A stretch of 64,000 bases of DNA from Octopus sinensis (Eukaryota), in NCBI RefSeq assembly GCF_006345805.1, contig NW_021833118.1, positions 1-64,000 on the forward strand, in the 5' to 3' direction. A program made the translations under genes and the position numbers. Shown piece by piece: positions 63,021 to 64,000 of the stretch. The notes beneath the pieces are model-generated. The model saw only the letters and a program-made list of their open reading frames with translations. It had not been told where the DNA came from and did not search any database. The first letter of the stretch is position 1; the number at the start of each line of letters is the position of its first letter.

Positions 63021-64000
63021 TATTATTATCATCATCATCATGATGATAATGATAATGATGATGATGATGATGATGATGATATGATGGTGATGATGATGAT
63101 TAAATTTCAATTATATATAACATTTGATCTCTTGTTTCCTTTATTCAAAATTCGGACAGATCTTATCGGATGGCCTGATATTTGATATTACCCAAATACG
63201 TAAACATACCTTTTATTGCAACAACACAATTGAATTCAGAAGTTCAAAAATTCAACGACATGAGTATAAGTATATATATGTGTATGTGTGTGTGTGTGTG
63301 CGTGTGTGCCTGTGTGTGTGTATGTGTATATATATTATTGTTTTTTCTGCCAGTAATTACAAATAGAACTGGTTGAATTGCTTCTTTCAAGGCAACGCTC
63401 TCAATGGTAACTGGTAGTACTAAACACATTTGATCTCTGCTGACCAAAGGATGCAAAGATTCTTTTGTCCCTATGGCTGACCTCCCCACCATCTGCAGAA
63501 TCTATTTATAGACCTGTAGAATATGATCTATTCATCAAGCTGCTACTCAACTATTTCCTCCAACAACTACATTTTTATGATTATCTCAAGTACAAGACAA
63601 AAGTTGAAAATAAAGAACATTTAATGAAATCTTTTGATAATAAGTGGAATTAGTAATAAAGTTAATAACAGTGGTAGTGGTGGTGACGGTGACAATGATA
63701 AAAATAATAAAATAATAATATTCTGCAGCTGCTAATACTACAACTACTACTATTATGATCGCCCAACTGAGGCCCAACTACCACCCTTACCACTATGCTA
63801 CTGATGCTGTTGCTGCAGCCACTACACATGAAAGCGATAATGTCATTGATATCAGTGATGATGATGATGATGATAATAATAATAATAAATAATAATAATA
63901 ATATATAATATAATAATATAATAATAATAAATAATAATAATAATAATATAATAATAATAAAATAATAATAATAATAATAATAATATAATAATAATAATAG

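Larger units (their letters stand above)
40708..64000. repeat. Right arm of giant inverted repeat (runs off the window end)
   Basis: Mirror of 19805-38083, about 5 kb longer owing to gene B plus its intron segment, a Helitron, ~600 bp unique sequence near 57 kb and an expanded (AAT)n tract. Confidence 0.95.

Overview
AT-rich, microsatellite- and transposon-dense eukaryotic DNA. The repeat content (tRNA-derived SINEs, Penelope relics, TAA/TA arrays) points to a cephalopod, most likely Octopus; this is inferred, not searched. Positions 1-19.8 kb are a retroelement graveyard: two Penelope-like relics, hammerhead-bearing Penelope pLTR scraps, R4/Dong, L1/Tx1, a Helitron and SINEs. Positions ~19.8-64 kb form one giant imperfect palindrome with left arm ~19805-38083, a 2.6 kb spacer, and right arm 40708-64000, which runs off the window end. 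It carries convergent three-domain multicopper oxidase (laccase-like) genes: A (+), B (-), and a doubly truncated copy C between B and the centre. The ORF track misses that each catalytic exon ends in a phase-1 GTAAG donor and that a separate transmembrane exon lies 3-4 kb downstream in each arm, so these are predicted membrane-anchored laccases. In the right arm the TM exon is frameshifted within a (GTT)n run but stays hydrophobic, and B appears to have no TM exon other than the one behind C. The arms differ by independent Helitron, Dong and hammerhead fold-back insertions and by reciprocal deletions. All alignments and coordinates were made by eye, so repeat boundaries are approximate. Splicing, ribozyme activity and the reality of the palindrome are untested.
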